Below, piece by piece: positions 12,013 through 24,136 of a DNA stretch of 64,000 bases. Positions within the stretch are counted from its first letter, which is position 1. Each line of letters opens with the position of its first letter. Made by a program: the position numbers and the translations under genes. The DNA comes from Centroscyllium fabricii (taxonomy: Eukaryota). The notes under the pieces were generated by a model, which saw only the letters and a program-made list of their open reading frames with translations, did not search any database and was not told the origin of the DNA. The stretch is taken from contig JBNRSN020000012.1 of NCBI GenBank assembly GCA_051313645.2, positions 61,566,001-61,630,000 on the forward strand, in the 5' to 3' direction.

Positions 12013-12381
12013 AGCTACTACATTAAATAAATTTAAAACAGAGATGGACAGTTTCCTGAAAGTAAAGGGAATTAGGGGTTATGGTGAGCAGGCAGGTAAG
12101 TGGACGTGAGGCTAGGTTCAGATCAGCCATGTGATCTCCTGGATGAGTTTCGATCGCCTAGATGGGTCGGAGTGGAATTTCCCAGATTTTTCCCCCCAAA
12201 TTGGCCACTGGGTTTTTTGTCTGGTTTTTCGCCTCTCCCAGGAGATCGCATGGATTCGGGCGGGATGGAGAGTAAAAGTAAAATTGAGGTTAGGATCAGA
12301 TCAGCCATGATCTTGTTGAATGGCAGAGCAGACACGAGGGGCCGATTGGCCTACTCCTGCTCCTATTTCTTATGTTCTTAT
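12013..12381 (+). mobile_element. CR1 3' end inserted in opposite orientation into the minus-strand CR1
   Basis: CR1 3' UTR with TTCTTATG tail; GAATT duplicated at 12008-12012 and 12382-12386; the host CR1 resumes afterwards. Confidence 0.85.
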
Positions 12382-14281
12382 GAATTTGGGAAGATCACAA
12401 TCAATGCAGCCACCTCTTTTAGAACCCTAGGATGTCGGCCATCATGGGGATTTATCGACTTTTACTCCCATTAGTTTCTCAAGTAGCTTTTCTCCACTGC
12501 TATTAATTACTTTAAGTTCCTCACTCTCGTTCGCCCTTTGGTTCCTCACTAGTTTTGGTATACTTTGTGGATCTTCTCCAGTTAAAATGGTTGTGACACC
12601 TCCCCACACTCTTCACCAGTGGTAAAAACCCTTTCTAATGCTGTAGCAAGACTTTACATCTACACGAGGAAGCAAAAGTAACCAATCCGGTCTGGATTTC
12701 CAATTCATTCACAGTCAATGGTGAGGTAAAATGACTCATAACTATTGACTGGTATAATTTAGCTAGGATGATAATTAATCTCACATTCAGGCAAGTTTTT
12801 TAGATGAGTGGTTTGAACACAATTTTAATTTCCACATGTCTGAATTTAATATAAACTTTAATTTTAATATTGAAAATAATTGGATATGAAAGAGACTTAC
12901 AGCTGGGAGTTACATGCATTTAAGTTACATGGCAGAGTTTAACCTTTGTTTACTCAATTGAGGCTGGATTATACTTATATTTTTCCATAAAGGCTCATTG
13001 ACGTGCCAAAACTATTTTATTCACTCTTTCTTATTTGCATGATTATTTATTGTATCCAAAAATTCTGAAATACTGTTTTATGTAAAGAAAATTAAACCGC
13101 TTTCCTTGGGGGAAAATAAACCTGTTAAGTACAAGGCAATGCAGCCTGTTGCAATGTAAAAGGATCACGTTATTTGATCAATCTCACATATGTATTCATA
13201 CATGGGATTCATTTAGTCAGAGCTTTGCATAAATATTTTTGATGGTGTACAGGACTCAGCAGGAACAGTAAATGTGAATGTGTATGACCTAAGCCATATA
13301 TGAGTTTCAGCTTGTTTGGTACCAGCTTTGCATTTAGAAGGGAACACTAAAAAATAGTGGAAGAGATAAGAGGCGTACAGTTTGTCAGGTGCTTCACTAT
13401 TCACCATATTTTTATCAACACAAACATACTGGAACACAGATGTGATCTGTCTACAGAAGCACTACAATTTCAGTGTCAGAAATGAAACTGACTTTCTGCC
13501 TTTGGGAATTAGCATGGTATAACACAAATACTTGGATATCTGGACAAAGTTTTTCTTTTCCTTTTTGCAGCAATCTTCTAGTTGGCTCACGATGTTCTCC
13601 TGGACAAACAGCTGGACGGTGATCAGAAAATGCTCTTGAAAATTGCAAGAGATGACTGAACCCACCCATTCACCAAGCTGCCTATTTGATATTTTTAGTA
13701 CTAACAACACCCACTGGTGATGCAAAGAGTACTTGAAAGCATTGAATGACCAGTGTAGTAAAGGTTACTTCATTTAAGCTTTACTGAGGAGTTAATGCAG
13801 AGAGAGCTCATCAGTGAGTAAAAGTAACTTCACAATGTCTAGTAACTTAAAATTCCTCATCGTTTACCTACTTTATTGATTTCCGTAGGTTACTGATAGC
13901 AATTGAATGGTGACATGAACAGAAAACAAAATCAAAAAGGTATAAAATTAAAGTTCTCCTTTGATTTTTCCCATGTTTGAAATAGATTTTAGTAAACAGC
14001 AATAAGACTTAACCTATAATGTATATATATGAAAAAGCAGCTCAATATGTTCCCTCATTCATCTTTTATTTATTTGCATGTTCATTATTTTCCATTTTTA
14101 ACAAGAAAACAAAAAAAGAAGAGAGAATTTATCACACAAATTTATCACCAAACTCATGCTGATAGCATGACAAAATCATACATTGGCACCTCTAGTCTGT
14201 TGTCATCCAAACCCACAGATGGTGGTGGTCTGTTTCCAGATTTAAACATTGGACATGTATTTGAAGAGGACTCATTTTCAA

Positions 14282-16220
14282 GGTTATGGGGAATGGGGCG
14301 GTAGTTTGCATGGATGGAGTTGTCAAGGGTTGTTTTTTTGAGGAGAGGGGTGATGATGGCAGAATTGAAGGAGTACCTGAGGAGAGACAACCATTAACAA
14401 TATCAGCTAACATGGGAGCCATAAAAGGAAGTTGGGTGGTCAGAAGTTTAGTGGAAATGGGGTCGAGGGAGCAGAAAGTGGGTCTCATGGACAAGATGAG
14501 CATGGAGAGGTCAAGAGGGGAGATCGGAGAGAAACTGGAGAAAGATGTGAGTTCAGGGCTCGAGCAGAGGGGATCCTTAGAGGAAGTTTGGCCCGGTGGG
14601 TTAGGGGAAGGAAGGGAAGTGGCAGAGGCAGCTGATCGAATGGTCTCAATCTTAGAGACAAAGATGTCCATGAGCTCCTCGCACTTGTTGTTGGAGGTGA
14701 GGGTGGTGGAGACAGGGGAGAGGGGTTTGAGAAGAAGGTTAGCAGTAGAGAATAGTAGTCAGAGGTTATCTTTGCATTCCAGAATAATCCTGGATTAGTG
14801 AGCAGTTTTGGCAGACAAGAGTAGGACCTGATAATGCAGTGAATGACTAAACCAGTTATCTGCCACATCCGTTCAAGTCTGCGGTCCTTGTACTTAAGGG
14901 AGCAAAGATTAGGGCTGTACCGGGGGAACGGCCTGGGCGAGAATGAGCAATGGTTTTAATAAGGGCTTTGGCATCAAAGGTGGTGGTGAGGGTGTGGTTG
15001 AGCAGATCGGTAGCTGCAGAAATGTCATGGTGAATGGAGGGCCAAAGGCTGGACAGTTGAGATTTCACAAGTGCAGTTGTAAGAGAGTTGGGAAGAGAGA
15101 ATTTGCCAAGGGTGGACACAGAAGGAAGTAGGGTTGGGTGGGGGAAGGGGGATGTGGGTGGAGAGCAATACAAGGAGGTGGTCAGAGATGGCCTTATCTG
15201 TGATTGACACAGTGAGGGTAGTGAGGCTACGTGAGATGGCAAGGTCAAGGGAGTGGCCGTGAATATGGGTTGCGGAATTTACATGGAGGGAGGATAGGAG
15301 GCGCGTGAACTCAGAGGAGAGAGAGCATGATGAATTGAGATGGAGGTTGCAATCACTGAGGATGAGAAGTCGCTCGGTGCAGAGGCTGAGGGAGGAAAAT
15401 AGTGAAGATATCTCAGTGCTAAATTTTTTTAGCGAACTTGGGTGGGCGGCAGAGTACGACAATTTTAAATGAGCGGCGAGAGGGGTGGAACAAGGTGAGA
15501 TGCTCAAAAGAGAAGAAAGTGCCGGAGGATTGGGGGGACAGACCAAGGTGTGATTTGGTGATGAGCCACACCGCCACCACGGCAGTCTGGGCGGGGCAAG
15601 TGATGGAAGGTATAGCCAGGCGGGGTGGCTTTATTTAAGGGTAAGGTGTCATCACCCCTCAGCCAAGTTTCCGTCAGGGCCATGATGTTGATGCAATCAT
15701 CCGTGATAAGCTCATGGATGGCAAGAACCTTGTTTGCAAGTGTACGGACATTCTGGAGGGAGATGCAGAGAGGATCGGTGATGGCTGATCCAATGCCAGC
15801 ATCCACAGGGTCAGCGCCTGGAGGGGTGAGTTGGACAGGGAGGAGATTGTCAAGGTTAGCCCCCCATGGGCGGGAAGGTCAGTGAGAAAGTAGGATAGGA
15901 CAGTTGGGATTGCTACTCGTGAGGACACAGTGACGAGTGCCACGGTGGGCTCTTTGGAGGATGCCAAAAGAGGCACAGAGGGATGCTGTAGGTTTACCTA
16001 AGAGGGAGTCAAGCCTGGGATGGCAGCAGGACAGTAGGAAGGTCAAAGAGTAATGAAGGATTGGGGTTGGGATTTGGGATGGCAGAGTATCCGAGAGAGG
16101 AAAGATGAAAGGCGGCATGGCAACAGGAGAGGGATAGAGAGAAAAGAAAAAGGGGGAGAAAAAAATGAAAATAGAAGTGTATGGCTCGGACCAGAATGGC
16201 AGCCAAAATGCACGCGCAAA
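14282..16220 (-). mobile_element. L2 LINE 5' part (APE endonuclease to the start of RT), degenerate
   Basis: ISLQNVRTLANK, MALTETWL, PPGYTF..RGGGVA, LDLAI, ISDH, FCSLDPI, DIVNGCLSSG, AIITPLLKK and NYRPI. Confidence 0.88.
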
Positions 16221-16299
16221 TGGACACGGGGAAAACTCAAGTTACATAGGCCTGGTTATGTAGCAATTATAGCGATGCAGAAAGTATCAGAGGATGATC

Positions 16300-16360
<61 letters not shown>

Positions 16361-16370
16361 AATAATAATT
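16300..16370. repeat. (ATT)n/(AAT)n microsatellite forming the tail of the adjacent SINE
   Basis: Seen directly in the sequence. Confidence 0.97.
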
Positions 16371-16590
16371 CAACTTTATTGTCATTATACAATGTACAAC
16401 GAAATGTGATCTTGCAAGTTCCCAACAGTCCAGCAAAGCCGCTGCGTCTGTGCGCACCGCCATTCCATCTTTCCATCATTCCGACAATCTTCAGCCAACC
16501 ACCCCTCCCTGGGGTTCCTTTCGTGACCTTCTGCACCTGGCATTCCCCCATCCAAATACTAACCAGGCCTGGCTCTGCTTAGCTTCCAAG
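16300..16590 (-). mobile_element. 5S rRNA-derived SINE (SINE3-type) with Rex1-like tail
   Basis: 16590-16531 reads CTTGGAAGCTAAGCAGAGCCAGGCCTGGTTAGTATTTGGATGGGGGAATGCCAGGTGCAG (5S internal promoter region), then a unique body, then TCGTTGTACATTGTATAATGACAATAAAGTTGAA and the microsatellite. Confidence 0.7.
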
Positions 16591-16714
16591 CCTTGCCAGT
16601 GACCCTGTCCCTAGTCCCAGGAACAGGGCTACACCACAGATGGAACAATTTGAGAGCAAAACTAAATAATGATGAGTATAGCTTTAGTGAGAACTTGTGT
16701 CAGACCAAAGTGTT

Positions 16715-17900
16715 CAAGAGCACAGTTCTAGACATGCATAATATAGGCATACAAGACCACCAGTGAAATGAACATACTGAAAACCACACTCGTGATCATT
16801 GGATAGCCCAGAACTTTCAAGATGATGGATAATTTGGGAATTAATAGCAGCTTCTGTAGCTTTAGAATGTACTAATGTAAGGATAATGTGACGACAGTAA
16901 GAGTTAGTACCTTTCTGAGGGATTGGGTAAATATGAACAAATTTACAAGGAAAAGAAAAACTGATTGAGAAAATGGCATAAGATGGGGATAAATTTGAAG
17001 ACACACATCTTGAGGGTCATGGGAAGGATGCTGTCAGGACCATAGCTCTTATTGGAGTCCAGAGAGTAGACAATCTGACAGACCTGCCAGAGATAAAACT
17101 TGATGTTGTTCATAACAGAATGGAACATTGGAGGGAGGTTTTTTGGCAAGGTATCACAATTTGAGTTGAAAGATAAAAGTGAGCCAAAAAGGACAGCTTT
17201 ATCTGTAGCAGAGCTAGCAATGGCACCTTGGGTATAGTAAAGGATGGGAAGGAGGATTCACAGAAGGTACAAGAATTAGCTTTGGCAAGGAACCAGATGA
17301 AGCAGCTGCTGAGAGACAGGAAGATAATAGTGGATGCTTCTCTTCCATTTAGGAGCTTTAATCAAGGATTTACAGAAGTTGCAAGTAAACATAAAATTGG
17401 CTCAGAATGCTTTAAATTGATCAAGATGCCAAGTACAATATGCATTTTTATGAGACCTAGCAGAGCAGCAAATATGATTGAAGCAAGATACAGTACCAGA
17501 TCCGACAGAAAATGAAGAGTGGAGTATGAAACCTTGTGTGCCAGCTAAAATAATATAATTTACTTCACTGACACAATTAACAGGGTCAAGAGAGTAAAGG
17601 TAGAAGTTTGACCAAGGTGGAGCAACAAAGAATTCTTGAAGACCATCCCAGTCGTCTGAACTATAGTGCCAAATAATGTTGGACTGGATCATAGATTGTG
17701 ATTTGTTCCAAAGAATTCTGCAGGAGACAGCAATGAGACATTGGTCAAGAGGCCAGTGGTGAGGAGACAGATACAGTGTAAGAATTAGGATTAGAAGTGA
17801 GGAAAATAGCTAGCAGATTATTTGAGTTAGTGGGTTAATCAGAGATATGGGATAAGCTGATGGACGAATTGCTCAAGATCATCAGGGCAGTAAAAGTTTC
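16715..17900 (-). mobile_element. Old non-LTR retrotransposon ORF2 fragment, distinct from the local CR1 and L2
   Basis: IWHYSSDDWDGLQEFF..PW, SLDSNKSYGPDSI...LKMC, IYPIPQKG and SKATEAAIN..IIHHLES..GF. Confidence 0.7.
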
Positions 17901-18879
17901 AGCCTGATCAGTCCAAGAAAAGTGGACCAATTACTGATGATGAGTTCAGAAGAGGTGGATTCACATTTGCTTGCCAAGAAGCTGAAAAGTGCTCGAGATT
18001 TAGCAAGGTTCAGAGAGTGATAAAGTAGCAGATTAATTTAATATGATAAAGGAGAGAGAAATAATGCACAAGAAAGTATGAAACAATGAAAGACCATTTG
18101 GCCTATCAAGCCTTTTCCTTCCACAGATTATCTTGTATCATGTGTCTGTTTATTGTCCTGAGAAAAGGTTCTGCAAGGCTTCTGCCTTCTCCAGTTCCGA
18201 GAATATCTATCTAAGCTTACATCCCAGTGTATTCATTCTTGACAGGTTAGCTTCCTTGGCATGCCTTTTCCATAGTATCAGTAACTCAGGAACCATCATG
18301 CTCTACACAGCAGTTGATCACCTTTGCTGATAATTATATTTATAACTCTTAAACCCATGCCTCACCAGGACAAATGAATAGGCGCACTATTAAATACAAA
18401 GGAATAAAAAAACATATGGGCGCTGTAGTCAATGCAAAAAAATCTTGAAAAAACACATAGGTTCAGTGAAAACTATGAATGAAATGGGGGGAAAGCAGAT
18501 AGATGCTGTGACAGACGGAGCTGCTTCTCCAACACTGTATGTCATAAGTCAAAGGTCAAATCTCAGGAGTGTTGGAAAAGTCAATCTGAAACACGAGGAA
18601 AATTGTATTAAAACCTTGCGTTTACAAAAAATTCAATTTACTATTCAATTCTGATCTCAATCTTCTTGTCTTCTGTACCTAACAACACATCAGGCAACCC
18701 ATTTCTTCCACTGCTTTACATCCAAATTGTGCTCTGGGTTGTTTCCGTAACAGAGTCCCTTTTTATGTGGATAGGCTATAAGCCTGACTCACAACTCCCT
18801 ACCAGGAGAACCGGCTGGATGTGATGGGGGTCTCTACTCCACTCTCATCAGACATGAGCACCCTGCTGGATGTTAACCC

Positions 18880-18990
18880 AGTAATCAGAGGCTAAGAATC
18901 TCATCTCTCCTTACCAGGATTGTCTTGACTAGGTATCGAACCCTTAACCGTCTGACTCAGAACTGGGAATTCTACTACTGAACCAAGGCT
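18880..18990 (-). mobile_element. tRNA-derived SINE head, degenerate
   Basis: Minus strand AGCCTTGGTTCAGTAGTAG...GAGTCAGACGGTTAAGGGTTCGATACC, with A-like and B-like boxes. Confidence 0.55.
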
Positions 18991-19427
18991 CATCCCTCTG
19001 ATATCAATAACCACTAAAAACAATACTTGCATTTATATAACACCTTATCATGAACTTGTGACGTCCTAAAGTGTTTTATATCCAATGAATTACCAAAGCA
19101 GATTATTTGAAATAATTGTTGATACACTTTAAGCTCTGGTGCACAGCTTGTAGATTCATACACATTTTTATGAATCTGGTTGGGGTGGGGATGATTTCTG
19201 TACTTGCGTTCAAAAGTTAAAGGTTGCATTTTGGCAACATTGTGGACAGTACAATGTTTACAATTACATTCTCGTTTTCTCTACCCGTTGAAACTCCTTT
19301 AGTTCAGAAACATGATCTTAGCACATTCTGGATAGGTCAAAGTTCAGTTCTTAAGTTTTCCTGTGATCTGGGCAAAATCAAGAAACACAGTATTTTAAAA
19401 CTGGCTGAATTCAAACGTACATCTAAC

Positions 19428-19838
19428 ACACAGAAACACAGAAACACAGAAACTAGGAGCAGGAGTAGGCCATTCGGCCCTTCGAGCCTGCTCCGCCATT
19501 CAATGAGATCATGGCTGATCATCCAAACCCAGTACCCTGTCCCTGCCTTGTCCCTATATCCCTCGATCCCTATCGAGCCTGCACCGACACATATCCCACC
19601 CTATCCCCATAACCCCACATATTCAATCCTCCTAACACTAAGGGTCAATTTATCCTGGCCAATTAACCTAACCCGCACATCTTTGGACTGTGGGAGGAAA
19701 CCGGAGCACCCGGAGGAAACCCACGCAGACACGGGGAGAATGTGCAAACTCCACACAGATAGTACCCAAGGCTGGATTTGAACCCGGGTCTCCAGTGCTG
19801 TGAGACGACAGTGCTAACCACTGTGCCACCGTGCCACC
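19428..19838 (-). mobile_element. HE1-like V-SINE, second copy
   Basis: Close reverse complement of 8975-9371. Confidence 0.92.
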
Positions 19839-19959
19839 CTGAATCTAATGAATTGTATGATGGCCACTCATGGAAAATGGCTGTTGCTGTGTACCAAATG
19901 AATGTGCCACAAAGATCAGCATACTGCAACCTTTAATGTCCTAGTTGAATAATGTTCAA

Positions 19960-20100
19960 TCATTAGTACCATGTGGGAGTACCAGCACCACAAAGACAGC
20001 AGCGGTTCAGGAAGAAGACCCACCACCACCTCAGAGCGATGAGGGATGATCAATATAATGCAGTCTTGCCGGCGTCACCTGCGCCCCAAGAAATAAACAA
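19960..20100 (+). mobile_element. Degenerate 3' end of a second CR1-group family
   Basis: GCAGCGGTTCAGGAAG..CACCACCACCT matches the reverse complement of ~54350-54440. Confidence 0.6.
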
Positions 20101-20513
20101 AAACATTGGTTGCAATTTGATTTAGATTATGTGACTGCTGTGACTTTGTCACAGCAACATAGTAACTTCTGTGCCATGGTCAGGAAGTTGCAGCAGAAAT
20201 TGCAGCGAATGCATACACAATGGCTTTCTATTATAATCACATTGGGATCGTTCACCAAAAAAATGATCAGGGAAAAAGTGACAGCAATACTTTTTTTGTT
20301 CCAATATGACTTTTTTTGGTGACGCATCCAGGTTGGGCAATTTTGTAATACAGCTACCAAAAGATAAATCAATTGCCCTTTGCAGCGAGTGCTGTTGCAG
20401 TTTTATAGAGATTCCGATTGTGTTGCCATTACAGGGTACTGTTACTATTTGCATCAAATTGAATAGCAAGTAAGTAGTGCACTTAGGTGAAGGCAGCAGA
20501 GGAAAATGATAAT

Positions 20514-21263
20514 GGCCCGGATATTACGGGGCCTATGACGATGTACGCACAGTGTTCGCCATCGTAAGTGCCCTGCAAGTCCTGGGGTTCCGCGTGCGAT
20601 GCGCATGCGCAAAAACCCAGAACTTACGATTTGTCAAATTTCTCCTTGACAGATCGTACCCATCCGCTGGAAATTGACTTTTTCTGGCGCAGAGTTGGGC
20701 TATTTGCCCAACTACTGCCCAGCGAATACCCACCAAACCCTTGCGCCTAGTAAAAGCAGGCGTAATGCCTGCTTTTACCAGCGTAAGTGTTTAAATAAAT
20801 GTTTAAAACTTTTTTTTTAATGATTTAGACATTCACTTACATTTAAAATTAGTTTAGGACAATTTCGTCACAGTTAAAAATGTTTACATTTATTTTTCAA
20901 AACAGGAAATTTTTATTTTAAATGTTTATTAAATGGCATTTTAATTAATTTTGAACCTACAATGATTTATTTTTATTTCAGTGTTGTGAAATTGTATTTT
21001 TAAGTGATTTTTATTATGCTTATGGAGATTCTGTACGTAAATGGAATCCCCCATAAGCATCATAGGAATCCCCCTTTGTCATTGGTTGGCCTGGCCCATG
21101 AGATCCTAGGGATCCCTGGGATTCATGGGCCTTTACACAGGCGTATGTCTGCAGGCCCAGGACCGCAAGAGTCCGAAGCTCCAGAGGCAGAAGGTAAGTA
21201 TGTACTTTTCTTGTGGTTCAGAAGCGTTTGCAGACAGCAAGCCTCCGACTATAATTTTCAGGC
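20514..21263. mobile_element. Harbinger-type MITE
   Basis: Imperfect TIR GGCCCGGATATTA / TAATTTTCAGGC, flanked by AAT on both sides; AT-rich core; GCGCATGCGC motif. Confidence 0.6.
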
Positions 21264-21420
21264 AATATTTTTTAAAATACAAGACTACAATATTGTTTAA
21301 AATAAATGCATCCAGCTACTCCATTGGTTCAATAAATAAATGCACCACCTAGTCTGGTATTGAGCCATTGACCAAGAAGGCCCTGGTTCAAGCCCCAGTA
21401 TAGGAAGGCTGTTGGCAGAA

Positions 21421-21635
21421 AAGAAAAAGACTTACATTTATGTAGCGCCTTTCATGACCACCGGATGTCTCAAAGCACTTTACAGCCAGTACTTTTTTTT
21501 GGAGTGTAGTCACTGTTGTAATGTGGGAAACACGACAGCCAATTTGTGCACAGCAAGCTCCTACAAACAGCAGTGTGATAATGACCAGATAATCTGTTCT
21601 TGTTATGTTGATTGAGGGAGAAATATTGGCCAGGG
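21421..21635 (-). mobile_element. SacSINE1/DeuSINE-like fragment with L2-type tail
   Basis: Minus strand CCTGGCCAATATTT..AGATTATCTGGTCATTATCAC..GCTTGCTGTGCACAAATTGGCTG..TGAAAGGCGCTACATAAATGTAAG. Family name is from recall. Confidence 0.65.
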
Positions 21636-21746
21636 CAGCAGCTGTACAATTATACCCTGGTACAAATCAGTTGCCTTCGGGAGAGTACGGGAAGAAGAGG
21701 AGAGACATAATTAGATATTTTTTTTATGGATATCTTTAAAAATGTT

Positions 21747-23794
21747 GGTGCAGAATTTGCGGTGGGTAATAACAATGAGCTAACAGCGATCGCTGTCATT
21801 GCCCCTCTGAAACTGACTGCTTCTTCAGGATGTAGTGCACATGCGTCTAAATGCGGAAATCCTAAAGTTGCGGTCAGTCATTTACTGCTCTGACACTGGC
21901 TGCACTGTGGACACCCACCCCCATAGCGGGCAATCAGTGAAACTGATGAATACTTGGTTTTTTTCACAGTTATATCACTGTTAAATACCCCATTAAATGT
22001 TAAGCCTTGTTGGAATAGGTGTAACTGGGGTTTTAACAGTGTATTGGCCTGTAAACCAACATTTGTACAAACTATTTTTTATATTTTTGGCGTATCAAAT
22101 TTCTCCATTATGATAATTACAGGTTTTTAAAACATTTAATTTGTTTCTAAAGTTTGTTAATGATATTATCCCTATGTCAGGGTCCCAATTTTTATTTTGC
22201 TCTCTAACATTTTTTTTAAAGTCTGGATAAAAGCAGCTTCTCAATTTCTGGTTTCCTGTCTGTAAGAATTCTGCAATGTGATTGGCTGCTTAGACAGCTT
22301 GTTGATGTCACAGCAGCATCGCACTAGGAATTCCCAGTACAGAGCGCTGAAATCAATTGAATGTCAAAAATGGCAAACATGGAAAACAGTGACAGGATCG
22401 GACAAAGTCAACATGGATTCACAAAAGGTAAATCGTGCTTGACTAATCTACTGGAATTTTTTGAGGATGTAACTGGTAAAATAGATATGGGAGAACCAGT
22501 GGATGTGGTGTATCTGGACTTTCAGAAGGCTTTCAATAAGGTCCCGCATAAGAGATTAGCGTGTAAAGTTAAGGCACATGGGATGGGGCAAGGTATTGAC
22601 TTGGATAGAGAACTGGTTGGCAGACAGAAAGCAAAGAGTTGCAATAAACGGGTCTTTTTCCGAATGGCAGGCAGTGACTAGTGGGGTACCGCAGGGATTG
22701 GTCCTTGGACCCCAGCTATTCACAATATATATAAATGATCTGGACAAGGGAACCAGATGTAATATCTCCAAATTTGCACATGACACAAAGCTGGGTGGGC
22801 ATGTGTGCTGTGAGGAGGATGTCGAAAAACTCCAGGATGATTTGGACATGTTGGGTGATTGGGCAGATACATGGCAGATGCAATATAACGTGGATCAATG
22901 TGAGGTTATCCACTTTGGTGGCAAAAACTGGAAGGCAGATTATTATCTAAATGGCAATAGATTGGGAGAAGGGGAAGTGCAATGAGACCTGGGTGTCCTT
23001 GTGCACCAGTCGCTGAAGGTAAGCATGCAGGTACAGCGGGTGGTTAAGAAGGCAAATGGTATGTTGGTCTTTGTAGCAAGAGGGTTTGAGTACAGGAACA
23101 AGGATGTCTTGCTGCAGTTGTACAGGGCCTTGGTGAGACCACATCTTGAGTATTGTGTGCAGTTTTGGTCGCCTTATCTGAGGAAGAATGTTCTTGCCAT
23201 GGAAGGAGTTCAGCAAAGATTCACTAAGCTGATACCTGGGATGGCAGAAATGACATAAGAGGAGAGATTGGGTCGATTGGGCTTATATTTGCTGGAGTTT
23301 AGAAGAATGAGAGGTGATCTCATTGAAACTTATAAAATTATGACAGGACTGGACAGACTAGATGCAGGAAGGATGTTCCCAATGGTCAGGGAGTCCAGAA
23401 CCAGGGGTCACAGTCTAAGGATAAAGGGTAGGCCATTTAGGACAGAAATGATGAGGAATTTCTTCACCCAGAGAGTGGTGAACCTGTGGTACTCTTTATC
23501 ACAGAAGGCGGTGGAGGCCAGTTCATGAAATATATTCAAGAAGGAGTTAGATATATTTCTTAAGGCTAAAGGGATCAAAGGATATGGGGAGAAAGCAGGG
23601 ACCGGGTACTGAATTAGGTTGATCAGCCATGATCGCATTGAATGGCGGGGCAGGCTTGAGGGGCCGAATGGCGTACTCCTGCTCCTATCTCCTATGTTTC
23701 TATCTCGCCACAGATCGTGAGATCTCAGTGGGCAGCTTTCTTCAGGGCCAGCGGCAAGCGCCTTTGCTTTGCCGCTGATCGCAAATTATGGGCC
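21747..23794. mobile_element. Harbinger-type MITE split by a CR1 insertion
   Basis: TIRs GGTGCAGAATTTGCG and CGCAAATTATGGGCC. Confidence 0.65.
22375..23703 (+). mobile_element. CR1 (HER1-like) LINE, 5'-truncated, degenerate RT
   Basis: QHGFTKGKSCLTNLLEFFEDVT, YLDFQKAF, SGVPQGLVLGP, SKFAHDTKL and LVRPHLEYCVQFWSP, plus 3' tail. Stops and frameshifts present. Confidence 0.95.
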
Positions 23795-23872
23795 ATTGAG
23801 CTGATAAGTGGTGCAGTAGGCTAGCACACATCACTTTCACCTCTGGAACTTCGGCTTGACGCTAAACCAGGC

Positions 23873-24136
23873 TAAGGTTGCCAACTCTGGTTGGATCTGT
23901 TCCTGGAGATTTCATCACATGATCGCCTGCCTCCAACTGCCTCACCTAGTCAAACAGTCTTTTTTTTACCACCTCCAATATTTTTATAACTAATAAACAA
24001 ATGTGTTCAAAGAAAATGGAAACAACTTTTTTTAGGCTCTTCTAATTTTTCTCCTGAGTTGCTCGCAGCAGAGTTCAGGAGATTAATCTTTAACTCCTAG
24101 AGACTCCAAGACAATCCAGGAAGGTTGGCAACCCGA
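23873..24136. mobile_element. hAT (Tip100-like) MITE inserted into a degenerate tRNA-SINE head
   Basis: TIRs TAAGGTTGCCAAC and GTTGGCAACCCGA. Confidence 0.7.

Larger units (their letters stand above)
10394..12560 (-). mobile_element. CR1 LINE (degenerate ORF2 RT to 3' tail) carrying two nested insertions
   Basis: [44 protein letters not shown] and KFADDTKL across frameshifted ORFs; tail at ~10395. Confidence 0.92.

Noticed and set aside
16053-16551. ORFs with poly-Leu/poly-Ile stretches resembling transmembrane segments
   Set aside because: Translation of the (ATT)n microsatellite.
16531-16590. Functional 5S rRNA gene
   Set aside because: Only about half the gene, with an internal deletion, no T-run terminator and fused to a retroposon tail.
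19224-19781. 185-aa ORF
   Set aside because: Mostly antisense read-through of the HE1 SINE.
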